Part shown: piece after piece, positions 1 through 8,075 of the stretch
Numbering within the stretch: the first letter of the stretch is position 1
Layout: every line of letters begins with the position of its first letter
Source: a virus
Taxonomy: Duplodnaviria > Heunggongvirae > Uroviricota > Caudoviricetes
Length of the DNA: 8,386 nucleotides
Virus record (IMG/VR): IMGVR_UViG_2585427737_000008
Reading direction: 5' to 3' (one strand)
Notes under the pieces: model-generated
The model's database searches: none
What the model was told of the DNA's origin: nothing
Seen by the model: only the letters and a program-made list of their open reading frames with translations
Program-made: the position numbers and the translations under genes

Positions 1-1
1 A

Positions 2-1486
2 ATCCGCCCTTCTTCCGTGGTGACCAAAGACTACACCTTTAAACGCCCCGGCTGGGCCGGACGTTTTGATCAGGAAGGCCAGCACCAGGATTACCAGCGC
101 ACACAGTATGAAGTGTATGACTACCCCGGACGTTTCAAGGGGGCCCACGGGCAGAACTTTGCCCGCTGGCAGATGGACGGCTGGCGAAACAATGCAGAAA
201 CCGCGCGGGGAATGAGTCGCTCGCCGGAGATATGGCCGGGACGACGAATTGTGCTGACGGGGCATCCGCAGGCGAACCTGAACCGGGAATGGCAGGTGGT
301 GGCAAGTGAACTGCACGGCGAACAGCCACAGGCGGTGCCAGGACGGCAGGGAGCGGGGACGGCGCTGGAGAACCATTTTGCGGTGATCCCGGCAGACAGA
401 ACATGGCGACCACAGCCGTTGCTGAAACCGCTGGTGGACGGCCCGCAGAGCGCCGTCGTGACGGGACCGGCAGGCGAGGAAATCTTCTGTGATGAACATG
501 GCCGCGTGCGGGGGAAATTTAACTGGGACCGTTATAACCCGTCAAACCAGGACAGTTCATGCTGGATCCGTGTGGCACAGGCGTGGGCAGGCACCGGATT
601 CGGTAACCTGGCGATACCGCGTGTGGGTCAGGAGGTGATTGTGGACTTCCTCAACGGCGATCCGGACCAGCCGATCATTATGGGGCGCACCTACCACCAG
701 GAAAACCGCACACCCGGCAGCCTGCCGGGAACAAAGACGCAGATGACCATTCGTTCGAAAACCTATAAGGGCAGCGGGTTTAATGAACTGAAGTTTGACG
801 ATGCGACAGGGAAAGAACAGGTCTACATCCACGCGCAGAAGAACATGAACACCGAGGTGCTGAATAACCGCACCACTGATGTGATAAACAACCATGCCGA
901 AAAAATAGGTAACAACCAGGCGATCACCGTTACCAATAACCAGATCCAGAACATTGGCGTTAATCAGATACAGACGGTTGGTGTCAACCAGGTGGAAACG
1001 GTGGGCAGTAACCAGATTATCAAAGTGGGATCAAACCAGGTTGAAAAGGTGGGGATCATTCGTGCGCTGACGGTGGGTGTAGCTTACCAGACGACGGTAG
1101 GCGGCATTATGAATACCTCGGTGGCGTTGTTGCAGTCCTCACAGGTAGGGCTGCATAAATCACTGATGGTGGGAATGGGCTACAGCGTCAATGTGGGGAA
1201 TAACGTCACCTTCTCGGTGGGCAAGACGATGAAGGAAAACACCGGACAAACAGCAGTTTATTCTGCCGGTGAGCATCTTGAACTCTGCTGTGGTAAGGCA
1301 AGGCTGGTGCTGACGAAGGACGGAAGCATATTTCTCAACGGTACGCACATTCATCTGGAAGGGGAGTCGGATGTGAACGGTGATGCGCCAGTGATTAACT
1401 GGAACTGTGGTGCCACACAACCTGTACCGGATGCGCCTGTGCCGAAAGATTTACCCCCCGGAATGCCGGATATGCGGCAATTTTGA
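2..1486 (+). CDS. vgrG: VgrG T6SS spike protein, C-terminal ~494 codons (5' end lies upstream of window)
   Basis: Frame is open from the window edge (codons at 2-16 precede the GTG at 17), so the gene is truncated by the window. Translation has VgrG-like motifs (YEVYDYPGRFK, GQEVIVDFLNGDPDQPIIMGRTYH) and a run of VGxNQxxx beta-helix octapeptides; TGA stop at 1484-1486. Family assignment is from memory of VgrG sequences, not a search. Confidence 0.88.
   Translation: MRPSSVVTKDYTFKRPGWAGRFDQEGQHQDYQRTQYEVYDYPGRFKGAHGQNFARWQMDGWRNNAETARGMSRSPEIWPGRRIVLTGHPQANLNREWQVVASELHGEQPQAVPGRQGAGTALENHFAVIPADRTWRPQPLLKPLVDGPQSAVVTGPAGEEIFCDEHGRVRGKFNWDRYNPSNQDSSCWIRVAQAWAGTGFGNLAIPRVGQEVIVDFLNGDPDQPIIMGRTYHQENRTPGSLPGTKTQMTIRSKTYKGSGFNELKFDDATGKEQVYIHAQKNMNTEVLNNRTTDVINNHAEKIGNNQAITVTNNQIQNIGVNQIQTVGVNQVETVGSNQIIKVGSNQVEKVGIIRALTVGVAYQTTVGGIMNTSVALLQSSQVGLHKSLMVGMGYSVNVGNNVTFSVGKTMKENTGQTAVYSAGEHLELCCGKARLVLTKDGSIFLNGTHIHLEGESDVNGDAPVINWNCGATQPVPDAPVPKDLPPGMPDMRQF
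905..1056 (+). repeat. Degenerate tandem ~24-nt repeats encoding the VgrG beta-helix octapeptides (VGxNQxxx)
   Basis: Translation reads IGNNQAIT / VTNNQIQN / IGVNQIQT / VGVNQVET / VGSNQIIK / VGSNQVEK; this is an intragenic coding repeat, not a mobile or regulatory repeat. Confidence 0.6.
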
Positions 1487-1548
1487 GTCAGGTGCAAAAA
1501 ATTAAAACGGAACTGGTGCAGTGACCAGATGAACCATATTAAAAGCAG

Positions 1549-1553
1549 AAGGA
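1549..1553 (+). promoter_or_regulatory. Shine-Dalgarno (AAGGA) for the rhs start codon
   Basis: AAGGA lies 8 nt upstream of the ATG at 1562. Confidence 0.5.
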
Positions 1554-1561
1554 ATTGATTT

Positions 1562-2956
1562 ATGGGCGGCGGAAAACCGGCGGCGCGGCAGGGTGACATG
1601 ACCCGCAAGGGACTGGATATTGTGCAGGGTTCAGCAGGGGTGCTGATAGGTGCGCCAACCGGTGTGGCCTGCTCGGTGTGTCCCACAAAAAAGGACAGTC
1701 CGAACTATGGCAGCCCGGTGAACCCGCTACTCGGTGCGAAGGTTCTGCCTGTTGAAACCGACCTGGCACTGCCCGGCCCGCTGCCGTTTATTCTTTTCCG
1801 CGCCTACAGCAGCTACCGGACCAGGACGCCCGCGCCAGTGGGCGTGTTTGGTCCCGGCTGGAAAGCGCCCTTCGATATCCGCTTACAGATACGCGATGAA
1901 GGCCTGATACTCAACGACAGCGGTGGTAGGAGCATTCACTTTGAGCCGTTGTTTCCCGGCGAGATAAGCTACAGCCGCAGCGAGTCACTCTGGCTGGCGC
2001 GGGGCGGAGTAGCGGCGCAGCACAGTTCGCAGCCGCTAAGCGCGCTCTGGCAGGTGCTGCCGGAAGATGTTCGCCTGAGTCCGCATGTGTACCTGGCGAC
2101 AAACAGCCTTCAGGGGCCGTGGTGGATACTCAGCTGGCCGGAGCGGGTGCCGGGGGCGGACGAGGTGCTGCCGCCGGAGCCGCCCGCATACCGGGTGCTG
2201 ACGGGCGTGGTGGACGGCTTCGGGCGGACGCTGGCCTTTCACCGGGCGGCGGAGGGTGACGTGGCGGGCGCGGTGACGGGGGTGACGGACGGCGCGGGCC
2301 GCCGTTTTCACCTGGTGCTGACCACACAGGCGCAGCGGGCGGAAGCCTTCCGTAAACAGCGCGCCACGTCTTTATCTTCCCCTGCCGGTCCCCGTTCTGC
2401 TTCCTCTTCTCTGGTTTTCCCCGACACGCTGCCCGCCGGTACAGGATACGGTGCCGATAACGGTATCCGGCTGGAGGCGGTGTGGCTGACACACGACCCG
2501 GCATACCCGGATGAACAGCCGACTGCGCCGCTGGCGCGCTACACGTACACGGCCAGCGGAGAACTGCGGGCGGTGTATGACCGCAGCGGGACGCAGGTTC
2601 GCGGGTTTACTTATGATGCGGAGCACGCCGGGCGGATGGTGGCGCACCATTATGCGGGGAGGCCGGAGAGCCGCTACCGGTATGATGATACCGGTCGGGT
2701 GACGGAGCAGGTCAACCCGGAGGGGCTGGACTACCGCTTTGAGTACGGAGAGAGCCGGGTAATCATCACGGACAGCCTGAACCGGCGGGAGGTGCTGTAC
2801 ACGGAAGGCGAGGGTGGCCTGAAGCGGGTGGTGAAGAAGGAGCATGCCGACGGGAGCATCACCCGCAGCGAGTATGATGAGGCGGGGAGGCTGAAGGCGC
2901 AGACGGATGCGGCGGGGCGGCGGACGGAGTACCGGCTGCATATGGCGTCGGGCTGA
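1562..2956 (+). CDS. Rhs family protein, N-terminal segment (PAAR motif plus first YD-repeat region); upstream half of a split rhs gene
   Basis: 464-aa ORF beginning MGGGKPAARQGD...GSAGVLIGAPTGVACSVCP (literal PAAR motif), closely resembling E. coli Rhs N-termini as I recall them. YD-type repeats (RYRYDDTGR, RSEYDEAGR) appear near the end. Terminates at TGA 2954-2956, whereas intact Rhs proteins continue in this region. Confidence 0.8.
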   Translation: MGGGKPAARQGDMTRKGLDIVQGSAGVLIGAPTGVACSVCPTKKDSPNYGSPVNPLLGAKVLPVETDLALPGPLPFILFRAYSSYRTRTPAPVGVFGPGWKAPFDIRLQIRDEGLILNDSGGRSIHFEPLFPGEISYSRSESLWLARGGVAAQHSSQPLSALWQVLPEDVRLSPHVYLATNSLQGPWWILSWPERVPGADEVLPPEPPAYRVLTGVVDGFGRTLAFHRAAEGDVAGAVTGVTDGAGRRFHLVLTTQAQRAEAFRKQRATSLSSPAGPRSASSSLVFPDTLPAGTGYGADNGIRLEAVWLTHDPAYPDEQPTAPLARYTYTASGELRAVYDRSGTQVRGFTYDAEHAGRMVAHHYAGRPESRYRYDDTGRVTEQVNPEGLDYRFEYGESRVIITDSLNRREVLYTEGEGGLKRVVKKEHADGSITRSEYDEAGRLKAQTDAAGRRTEYRLHMASG

Positions 2957-2960
2957 CTAG

Positions 2961-5789
2961 GTGACGGGGCCGGACGGCAGGACGGTGCGGTATGGCTATA
3001 ACAGCCAGCGGCAGGTGACGTCAGTGACGTACCCGGACGGGCTTCGCAGCAGCCGGGAGTATGATGAGAGGGGAAGGCTGACGGCGGAGACCTCGCGCAG
3101 CGGTGAGACAACGCGGTACAGCTATGATGACCCGGCGAGTGAGCTGCCGACAGGGATACAGGACGCGACGGGCAGTACAAAACAGATGGCATGGAGCCGT
3201 TACGGTCAACTGCTGGCCTTCACGGACTGCTCGGGGTACACGACGCGGTATGAGTACGACCGGTACGGTCAACAAATCGCCGTTCACCGGGAAGAAGGCA
3301 TCAGCACTTACAGCAGTTATAATCCGCGTGGCCAACTGGTCAGTCAGAGGGATGCGCAGGGGCGTGAGACCCGTTATGAGTACAGCGCCGCAGGCGACCT
3401 GACAGCGACGATATCACCGGACGGTAAACGCAGCACCATCGAATATGATAAACGCGGGCGTCCGGTGAGTGTGACGGAAGGCGGACTGACGCGCAGCATG
3501 GGGTATGACGCCGCCGGGCGCATCACCACGCTGACTAATGAGAACGGCAGCCAGTCCACGTTCCTGTATGACCCGGTGGACAGGCTGACGGAGCAGCGCG
3601 GCTTTGATGGCAGGACGCAACGTTACCAGTATGACCTGACCGGAAAACTCACGCAGAGTGAAGACGAGGGACTTATCACCCTCTGGCACTACGATGCGTC
3701 GGACCGCATCACGCACCGGACGGTGAACGGCGACCCGGCGGAGCAGTGGCAGTATGATGAGCACGGGTGGTTAACCACCATCAGCCATACCAGTGAAGGC
3801 CACCGCGTGGCGGTCCACTACGGCTATGACGATAAAGGCCGCCTGACGGGCGAACGGCAGACGGTGGAGAACCCGGAGACGGGGGAGATACTGTGGGAGC
3901 ATGAGACGGGGCATGCATACAGCGAACAGGGGCTGGCGACCCGTCAGGAGCCGGACGGCCTGCCGCCGGTGGAGTGGCTGACGTATGGCAGCGGTTATCT
4001 TGCGGGGATGAAGCTGGGCGGAACGCCACTGGTCGAGTACACGCGGGACCGGCTGCACCGGGAGACGGTGCGCAGCTTCGGCGGGGAGGCCTGTGAACTT
4101 GCCACCGCCTGGAATACCAGCGGCCAGCTACAGAGCAGGCACCTGAACCTTCCGCAGCTTGACTGTGACTATACGTGGAACGATAACGGACAACTAATCC
4201 GCATCAGCGGCCCGCAGGAGAGCCGGGAGTACCGTTACAGCGACACGGGAAGGCTGACGGGCGTCCACACCACGGCGGCGAACCTGGATATCGATATCCC
4301 GTATGCGACGGACCCGGCAGGAAACCGGCTGCCGGACCCGGAACTGCACCCGGACAGCACCCTCACGGCATGGCCGGATAACCGCATCGCGGAAGATGCG
4401 CACTATGTCTACCGCCACGATGAATACGGCAGGCTGGCGGAGAAGACGGACCGCATCCCGGAAGGGGTGATACGGATGCACGACGAGCGGACCCACCACT
4501 ACCACTACGACAGCCAGCACCGCCTGGTGTTCTACACGCGGATACAGCATGGCGAGCCACTGGTCGAGAGCCGCTACCTCTACGACCCGCTGGGACGGCG
4601 AATGGCGAAACGGGTATGGCGGCGGGAGCGTGACCTGACGGGGTGGATGTCGCTGTCGCGTAAACCGGAGGTGACATGGTACGGGTGGGACGGTGACAGG
4701 CTGACGACGATACAGACCGGCACCACGCGTATCCAGACGGTGTACCAGCCGGGGAGCTTCACGCCGCTCCTGAGAATCGAAACAGAGAATGGCGAACAGG
4801 CGAAGGCGCGGCACCGTAGCCTGGCGGAGGTGTTGCAGGAGGACACGGGTGTGACGCTACCGGCGGAGCTGGCGGTGATGCTGGGGAGGCTGGAGCGGGA
4901 ACTGCGCGCGGGAGCGGTGAGTGCGGAGAGTGAGGCATGGCTTGCGCAGTGCGGGCTGACGGCGGAACAGATGGCCGCGCAGATGGAGGCGGAATACATC
5001 CCGGAGAGGAAACTTCATCTTTACCACTGTGACCACCGTGGACTGCCGCAGGCGCTCATCACCCCGGAAGGCGAAACGGCGTGGTGCGGGGAGTATGACG
5101 AGTGGGGGAACCAGCTTAAGGAGGAGACCCCGCATCCCCTGTCCCAGCCGTACCGTTTGCCGGGGCAGCAGTATGATGAGGAGTCGGGACTGTATTACAA
5201 CCGTCACCGGTACTACGATCCGTTGCAGGGGCGGTATATCACCCAGGATCCGATAGGGTTGAAGGGGGGAATAAATCTATACACGTATCCACTGGCACCA
5301 ATACGTTACACTGATCCACTGGGGTTAGAACGAGTTATAAGTGTATATGGGCCTCCCGCTCCAGACCGGGCAGGTGCTGAAACTCCTCTTGTTCTTACTG
5401 ATATGACTGGAGGAGTGACTATTTATTATGATCCTGAAACAGGTGATTCAATGACTTTTGATAGTAGCAATAGAATTGATCGTCGTTCTCAACGTGGTGC
5501 TGGTGATCCATATACAGGTGAAGTCGTTGGTTGTGAGACAAATGAATCAGGAATATCGGCAGCATATGGCACAACGAAGATCTATACTACAGATACTAGA
5601 GCAAGATGGCTACATGGTGGGGGATCATCGTTGCGCGATCCTTATGCTCCTCGACAAGGCTGGAAACCAACTATGGGATGTACCCGTGCACAGAATGAAG
5701 ATGTAGATGAGTTGTGTAAGAAAGTGACAAGTTGGATGTATTCGCATCCTGGAGAGAGAATTAGATATGAACGTTTTAAGACACGTTAA
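2961..5789 (+). CDS. Rhs family protein, YD-repeat shell/core plus polymorphic C-terminal toxin domain; downstream half of the split rhs gene
   Basis: 942-aa ORF in the +1 frame relative to 1562..2956, opening with GTG at 2961 immediately after an in-frame TAG. Numerous YD repeats (RYEYD, RYSYDD, RYQYD), the conserved core end [26 protein letters not shown]...YTDPLGL, then a 153-aa AT-rich C-terminal domain; TAA stop 5787-5789. Whether it is translated independently is unknown. Confidence 0.8.
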   Translation: MTGPDGRTVRYGYNSQRQVTSVTYPDGLRSSREYDERGRLTAETSRSGETTRYSYDDPASELPTGIQDATGSTKQMAWSRYGQLLAFTDCSGYTTRYEYDRYGQQIAVHREEGISTYSSYNPRGQLVSQRDAQGRETRYEYSAAGDLTATISPDGKRSTIEYDKRGRPVSVTEGGLTRSMGYDAAGRITTLTNENGSQSTFLYDPVDRLTEQRGFDGRTQRYQYDLTGKLTQSEDEGLITLWHYDASDRITHRTVNGDPAEQWQYDEHGWLTTISHTSEGHRVAVHYGYDDKGRLTGERQTVENPETGEILWEHETGHAYSEQGLATRQEPDGLPPVEWLTYGSGYLAGMKLGGTPLVEYTRDRLHRETVRSFGGEACELATAWNTSGQLQSRHLNLPQLDCDYTWNDNGQLIRISGPQESREYRYSDTGRLTGVHTTAANLDIDIPYATDPAGNRLPDPELHPDSTLTAWPDNRIAEDAHYVYRHDEYGRLAEKTDRIPEGVIRMHDERTHHYHYDSQHRLVFYTRIQHGEPLVESRYLYDPLGRRMAKRVWRRERDLTGWMSLSRKPEVTWYGWDGDRLTTIQTGTTRIQTVYQPGSFTPLLRIETENGEQAKARHRSLAEVLQEDTGVTLPAELAVMLGRLERELRAGAVSAESEAWLAQCGLTAEQMAAQMEAEYIPERKLHLYHCDHRGLPQALITPEGETAWCGEYDEWGNQLKEETPHPLSQPYRLPGQQYDEESGLYYNRHRYYDPLQGRYITQDPIGLKGGINLYTYPLAPIRYTDPLGLERVISVYGPPAPDRAGAETPLVLTDMTGGVTIYYDPETGDSMTFDSSNRIDRRSQRGAGDPYTGEVVGCETNESGISAAYGTTKIYTTDTRARWLHGGGSSLRDPYAPRQGWKPTMGCTRAQNEDVDELCKKVTSWMYSHPGERIRYERFKTR
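5328..5786 (+). other. Rhs C-terminal polymorphic toxin domain (Rhs-CT), candidate L,D-transpeptidase-like fold
   Basis: Begins right after DPLGL (5313-5327) and is AT-rich against the GC-rich core. Contains WLHGGG, then 22 residues later [19 protein letters not shown], resembling the YkuD pattern H-x(n)-[ST]-x-G-C-x-R-x-x-N-x-D-[IV]-x-x-L. Assignment is by motif recollection only. Confidence 0.4.
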
Positions 5790-6159
5790 TGCGATTAACA
5801 TGGGAGTGTGCATTCTAATTTTGGTTATTGGATGTGCAAATGCTAAAGTTCTTAAACGATGTATATTACCCGCTCCTGATGGTGGCGTAGAAAAACTATC
5901 AAAACCCAACTTACATGGAGTAATTAAAAAAGTTGATTTGAACACAAATGAAGCGGAAATTAAAATAAAAGAGGGGGGGGCAGTGAGTTTTATTTTTAAT
6001 GAGGAAACATTGTATTTTACTGTTTTTGGTGGGGATTTTATTATGGATGATTTAAAAAAAGTAAAAAATACGGAAGCATGGGTATGGTATAAAAATTGCG
6101 ATAGTAAAAATAAAAATGTGGCAGTTGAACTTCTTCAAATCTACGAATTGCATCAATGA
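5767..6159 (+). CDS. Small lipoprotein, putative cognate Rhs immunity protein (RhsI)
   Basis: 130-aa ORF overlapping the rhs 3' end by 23 nt. N-terminus [23 protein letters not shown] has a charged n-region, hydrophobic core and lipobox (VIG|C). AT-rich like the toxin domain; TGA stop 6157-6159. An alternative ATG at 5800 would leave too short a signal peptide. Confidence 0.65.
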   Translation: MNVLRHVNAINMGVCILILVIGCANAKVLKRCILPAPDGGVEKLSKPNLHGVIKKVDLNTNEAEIKIKEGGAVSFIFNEETLYFTVFGGDFIMDDLKKVKNTEAWVWYKNCDSKNKNVAVELLQIYELHQ

Positions 6160-6199
6160 AAAATATAGTTAAATAGAGGAGGTTATTAATAGCAGGAAA

Positions 6200-6223
6200 A
6201 GCATCACGTGATGCTGATTTTTT
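6200..6223 (+). terminator. Putative Rho-independent terminator downstream of the rhs-immunity pair
   Basis: Perfect 16-bp palindrome AGCATCACGTGATGCT (6200-6215), which can form a ~6-bp stem with a 4-nt loop, followed by GATTTTTTG; an A-run sits upstream. Confidence 0.45.
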
Positions 6224-6325
6224 GCACTAAATAATTCGCATTTTATGTTTAAAAATTGAGATATTCCTTATTACCTAAAGCTGTTTTTTATTGCTTATAC
6301 ATGATCAAATACTCCTTACATAATT

Positions 6326-6331
6326 AAGGAG
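6326..6331 (+). promoter_or_regulatory. Shine-Dalgarno (AAGGAG) for the transposase gene
   Basis: AAGGAG lies 6 nt upstream of the ATG at 6338. Confidence 0.6.
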
Positions 6332-6337
6332 AACAAA

Positions 6338-7474
6338 ATGGAACTTAAAAAATTGATGGAACATATTTCTATTATCCCCGATTACAGACAAGCCTGGAAA
6401 GGGGAGCATAAATTATCGGATATTCTACTGTTAACTATTTGTGCCGTTATTTCTGGTGCAGAGGGTTGGGAAGATATAGAGGATTTTGGGGAAACACATC
6501 TCGATTTTTTGAAGCAATATGGTGATTTTGAAAATGGTATTCCTGTTCACGATACCATTGCCAGAGTTGTATCCTGTATCAGTCCTGCAAAATTTCACCA
6601 GTGCTTTATTAACTGGATGCGTGACTGCCATTCTTCAGATGATAAAGACGTCATTGCAATTGATGGAAAAACGCTCCAGCACTCTTATGACAAGAGTCGC
6701 CGCAGGGGAGCGATTCATGTCATTAGTGCGTTCTCAACAATGCACAGTCTGGTCATCGGACAGATCAAGACGGATGAGAAATCTAATGAGATTACAGCTA
6801 TCCCAAAACTTCTTAACATATTGGATATTAAAGGAAAAATCATCACAACTGATGCGATGGGATGCCAGAAAGATATTGCAGAGAAGATACAAAAACAGGG
6901 CGGTGATTATTTATTCGCGGTAAAAGGAAACCAGGGGCGGCTTAATAAAGCCTTTGAGGAAAAATTTCCGCTGAAAGAATTAAATAATCCAGAGCATGAC
7001 AGTTACGCAATCAGTGAAAAGAGTCACGGCAGAGAAGAAATCCGTCTTCATATTGTTTGCGATGCCCCTGATGAACTTATTGATTTCACGTTTGAATGGA
7101 AAGGGCTGAAGAAATTATGCGTGGCAGTCTCCTTTCGGTCCATAATAGCAGAACAAAAGAAAGAACCCGAAATGACGGTCAGATATTATATCAGCTCTGC
7201 TGATTTAACTGCAGAGAAGTTCGCCACAGCGATCCGAAATCACTGGCACGTGGAGAATAAGCTGCACTGGCGCCTGGACGTGGTAATGAATGAAGACGAC
7301 TGCAGAATAAGAAGAGGAAATGCAGCGGAATTATTTTCAGGGATACGGCACATTGCTATTAATATTTTGACGAATGATAAGGTATTCAAGGCAGGGTTAA
7401 GACGTAAGATGCGAAAAGCAGCCATGGACAGGAACTATCTGGCGTCAGTCCTTGCGGGGAGCGGGCTTTCGTAA
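6338..7474 (+). CDS. ISAs1-family transposase (H-repeat-associated protein, YhhI/YdcC/YbfD-like)
   Basis: 378-aa [67 protein letters not shown]..., which matches my recollection of the E. coli H-repeat-associated proteins nearly residue for residue. Strong SD, TAA stop 7472-7474, uninterrupted. Confidence 0.9.
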   Translation: MELKKLMEHISIIPDYRQAWKGEHKLSDILLLTICAVISGAEGWEDIEDFGETHLDFLKQYGDFENGIPVHDTIARVVSCISPAKFHQCFINWMRDCHSSDDKDVIAIDGKTLQHSYDKSRRRGAIHVISAFSTMHSLVIGQIKTDEKSNEITAIPKLLNILDIKGKIITTDAMGCQKDIAEKIQKQGGDYLFAVKGNQGRLNKAFEEKFPLKELNNPEHDSYAISEKSHGREEIRLHIVCDAPDELIDFTFEWKGLKKLCVAVSFRSIIAEQKKEPEMTVRYYISSADLTAEKFATAIRNHWHVENKLHWRLDVVMNEDDCRIRRGNAAELFSGIRHIAINILTNDKVFKAGLRRKMRKAAMDRNYLASVLAGSGLS

Positions 7475-7487
7475 TCTTGCCCTGGGT

Positions 7488-7493
7488 AGGAGG
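7488..7493 (+). promoter_or_regulatory. Shine-Dalgarno (AGGAGG) for the ORF starting at 7504, sitting in the loop of an inverted repeat
   Basis: AGGAGG lies 10 nt upstream of the ATG at 7504, between inverted arms CCCTGG (7480-7485) and CCAGGG (7498-7503). Confidence 0.4.
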
Positions 7494-7503
7494 CCCTCCA
7501 GGG

Positions 7504-7956
7504 ATGTTAGTCGGTGCGGCAGTTGGAGCGGTGGTTATTGGTGGTGGTATAGTAATATACAACAATCGCGAGGCTGTTGGGGATGCGATTGAGAAAAGTA
7601 TGGAGATGCGGGGTGAAGCCGAATTATTAAATGCACAAAGTCAAATGGAATTCTGGCGAGATCCCTATGGTGCTTTTTCCAGCGTGTTTGGAAATGATGA
7701 TTCATCAAAAGAGAATCCAAATGTCGGGAAGGATTTGACGGATGAAGAGAAGAACTGTTTGGGCAGTGGCAGTACAGGAGGTTCGGGAGGGTGGGAGCCA
7801 GATGAGGATGGCGAAATAAGAAATACCTACAGGTCTATTAAGGATGCTCCTCAGTATCCCAGAGGGTTTAGGAATGTCCAAAATGGCACTACAAGGAATG
7901 TTGTAAAGGATCAGCAGTTATTGAAACAATTACGTAAAGTAGATTCAGGAAAATAG
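7504..7956 (+). CDS. Hypothetical membrane-anchored protein; candidate orphan toxin fragment ending at an in-frame TAG
   Basis: The ORF track opens this frame at TTG 7477; I prefer ATG 7504, which has the SD. N-terminus MLVGAAVGAVVIGGGIVIY is a hydrophobic glycine-zipper-like segment, followed by a Gly/Ser-rich linker (GSGSTGGSGGW). AT-rich; stops at TAG 7954-7956 but the frame stays open 39 more codons to TAA 8074-8076. Confidence 0.5.
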   Translation: MLVGAAVGAVVIGGGIVIYNNREAVGDAIEKSMEMRGEAELLNAQSQMEFWRDPYGAFSSVFGNDDSSKENPNVGKDLTDEEKNCLGSGSTGGSGGWEPDEDGEIRNTYRSIKDAPQYPRGFRNVQNGTTRNVVKDQQLLKQLRKVDSGK

Positions 7957-8075
7957 AGTAAAGTTTATAAAGATGGATTTGATGCGTCAGGTCGAAAAGT
8001 GTCCATTCACTATTTTGAAAGTCAGAGTGGTCGAGTATTTAATGTAAAAGTAAAACCTTATTGGAGTAATTTATA

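Larger units (their letters stand above)
6240..7500 (+). mobile_element. ISAs1-family 'H-repeat' (H-rpt) insertion element associated with Rhs loci; boundaries approximate
   Basis: Contains an intact 378-aa transposase ORF typical of Rhs-associated H-rpt elements. Terminal inverted repeats could not be identified by eye, so both ends are estimates. Confidence 0.5.

Noticed and set aside
135-413. Minus-strand ORFs inside vgrG (135..413, 557..895, 1160..1420, 1351..1686)
   Set aside because: Antisense overlap with a well-supported VgrG frame; no RBS, and composition consistent with shadow ORFs.
1515-1545. Possible sigma70 promoter (GTGACC … TATTAA) upstream of rhs
   Set aside because: Spacing between the candidate -35 and -10 hexamers is poor and matches are weak. 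rhs is more likely co-transcribed with vgrG, so no promoter is called.
2372-2941. 189-aa minus-strand ORF, plus other minus-strand ORFs across 1911..5207 (for example 2130..2504, 2731..3192, 3414..3764, 4194..4814, 4580..4999)
   Set aside because: They all lie antisense to the GC-rich Rhs coding region, where long stop-free antisense frames arise by chance. Their products are Arg/Pro-rich and low-complexity, with no start context or recognisable domains.
2954-2964. Reading the three-frame stop stretch as a deliberately engineered stop cassette
   Set aside because: It is not a canonical synthetic design and has no flanking restriction or scar sequence. Natural decay or a sequencing error is as likely, so it is reported as an open question instead of asserted.
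5458-5706. 82-aa plus-strand alternate-frame ORF within the Rhs C-terminal toxin region
   Set aside because: It overlaps the continuous Rhs reading frame, which carries the conserved motifs; the product is hydrophobic and low-complexity.
5800-6159. Alternative start at ATG 5800 for the immunity lipoprotein
   Set aside because: Starting there leaves only 11 residues before the lipobox cysteine and no charged n-region. ATG 5767 gives a canonical 22-residue lipoprotein signal peptide.
6519-6923. 134-aa plus-strand ORF in an alternative frame inside the transposase gene
   Set aside because: Fully nested in the intact, strongly supported transposase frame; the product is low-complexity with no independent start signals.
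7477-7503. TTG at 7477 as the start of the downstream ORF, as listed in the ORF track
   Set aside because: TTG at 7477 has no SD and lies 2 nt after the transposase stop, whereas ATG 7504 is preceded by AGGAGG. The 5' extension is probably just open frame, though this is not certain.
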